A stretch of DNA of 64,000 nucleotides from Mytilus californianus (taxonomy: Eukaryota). The position numbers and the translations under genes are program-made. Location: the NCBI RefSeq assembly GCF_021869535.1, contig NW_026262690.1, positions 94,922,001 through 94,986,000 on the forward strand. Reading direction: 5' to 3'. Shown in pieces: positions 62,266-64,000 of the stretch. The number at the start of each line of letters is the position of its first letter. Positions within the stretch are counted from its first letter, which is position 1. Under the pieces are notes generated by a model. That model did no database searches. It was not told where the DNA came from and was given only the letters and a program-made list of their open reading frames with translations.

Positions 62266-62398
62266 AAGAGGGGCGAAAGATACCAGAGGGACAATCAAAC
62301 TCATAAATCGAAAATAAACTGACAACGCCATGGCTAAAAAAGAAAAAGACAAACAGAAAATTAATATTACACAAAACAAAACATAGAAAACTAAACTG
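62266..62398 (-). mobile_element. Family D Penelope-like extreme 3' tail
   Basis: AAAAGAGGGGCGAAAGATACCAGAGGGACAATCAAACTCATA... is nearly identical to 58994-59125. Confidence 0.85.
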
Positions 62399-63723
62399 AT
62401 CAGCAATTATCCTTTACCAAATAAAATGTACTGGTAAATATGTATTTAATAATTGTGAAATGATCACAGGAGAAAATTAATACAAATCGCAATATTTCAA
62501 TATAAATAGTGGACACAATTCATATATTATTTGTAGAAAAAAAAAACAGAAAAAAATGTTACCATACCAGCATGACAATAAACCAAAACTAGTCCAAATA
62601 GTACAAACAAACAATACATGGCAAATATCGTCCTAAAAAGTACGGGTATTTCCAAAATGATAGTCGATATTAACAGTAGTTTTTATTCTTATATATCTGA
62701 TTAAATTTCATTTTAATGATGGTAACAGATGTTTTTCTAAAATTGATATTCTTTTCTTATAGCACGATTTGGTTTGTAAATTGATAGCATGCAATTATAG
62801 TTACGTAAAAAATAAATACTGGACCGTTTCATAAGCAATACAATTTAGCATTAGATTTTGTTTTACAAATGATTATTTAAATAGACACTTAGAACAATAT
62901 GTGTTTGTTTTATTATCTCATTCATTGCAATTATGGTAGTAAAGCATTTATATTAACATGTTCCGGTCTGTCTTAAAAAGAAATTTAACAGGCCTTAAAC
63001 ATATCTTAGTATTTTAGTAGCATTAGTTGATAGTGTTGACATGTGTTTGGATGTCCAAATTTCTTCTGGTTTGTCTCATTCGTGATTTTTCCCCCCTTAA
63101 CACACTTAATGCGATATCTTGTACGACAAAATCAATATGTTTATGCTTTCGAATATCCTGTCTTGACGTACATGCAAGTGTATTGCCAAAAGTAAAGTAT
63201 TGGCTAAACCGTTCGATGGTTTGGTTTTTTGATTAGGTCCAAATCAATAGTCCGAGTTCTTCAAATTGTATTCAACAATAAGCATAATATTTCAAAAAAA
63301 CATCATGTGTATAAAATTTTACCGTTTGAAATAGTGGTTCAGTGAATTAAATTTTGTTATAAAAAATTTGTATCTTTATAACATTTAAGTTAGCCTCCAA
63401 ATGTGATAAGGATGAAACCAAACAGTTTGATCAACAACGAAACATAAATATAAATTCAACTTCTTCAAAAATCTATGTCTATAGATTATTCTTCTTTTAG
63501 GACCCGAGGGTAATTCAATCTATGAAGCTGTGTTTCGAATTAGCATGAAAATAAGACTTCTACCATTGTTTTATTGTAATTTGCTATAGCAAAATTACGG
63601 AATGTATCTCCCATATGCTTATTGATTCCTTGCCTAGTTTAATCTTTCCTTTGTTGTCATTTTCGATTATATCAGCTCAGCAACGATTCGATTAATTGTT
63701 GGTGTTTAATATTTTTGCATTGA

Positions 63724-63770
63724 GGATCACTGAAGAGACTTTATATGGCAAAGTGCGCATATTGGCGCAT
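63724..63770 (+). ncRNA. Degenerate hammerhead of a second family (CUGAAGA core)
   Basis: AUCA CUGAAGA GAC...GGC AAAG UGCGCA UA UUGG; GAAA box decayed. A half-site (GCACCAGATGCGCATTT) lies on the minus strand at about 456-472. Confidence 0.45.
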
Positions 63771-64000
63771 TAACATTTATACCGTTAAATGAACATATGT
63801 CTTAGTCAGCTAATCTCAAGCATTATTATCGTTTTATAAGGATTGTTTCACAGCCACAACGATTCCAAATCACTGGGAATCGGGTAATTTTCTTTAAATA
63901 CAAAATTTGTTGTATTTGGCACAATATTTCTTATTTTTCGGTTCTTCAACTTGGTAATATTTGATTTGGCTTTGGAGTTGTTAAGATTCCAGCGCTACTA

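Overview
AT-rich eukaryotic (animal) genomic DNA. The repeat families look like those of a mytilid bivalve (Mytilus-like); this is inferred from repeat recognition only. The core of the window is a tandem cluster of five paralogous two-exon 7TM receptor genes of the cAMP-receptor-like type (class E / GPR157 / GCR1 / Git3-like; no DRY or NPxxY). One copy is on the minus strand (exon 1 only; exon 2 lies outside the window), two are intact on the plus strand (349 aa and 312 aa), one is a clear pseudogene, and one has compensating frameshifts. All five share a phase-2 intron just before the ECL2 Cys, and the four non-decayed copies share a His-rich TM2 motif (HxxDHxH). The terminal exon of a C-type lectin (EPN motif) lies at 56.5-56.8 kb. 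The rest is transposon-derived: several Penelope-like (Naiad-type) reverse transcriptase copies with many 3'-anchored tail fragments, one followed by a textbook-looking SECIS hairpin; type I hammerhead-ribozyme (retrozyme-type) units, one with an intact core about 420 nt downstream of receptor 5; a near-complete hAT transposase; a MULE transposase fragment missed by the ORF track; tRNA-derived SINEs; a Helitron 3' end; and several MITE/foldback elements nested in one another. No prokaryotic features, rRNA, true tRNA or CRISPR arrays were seen.
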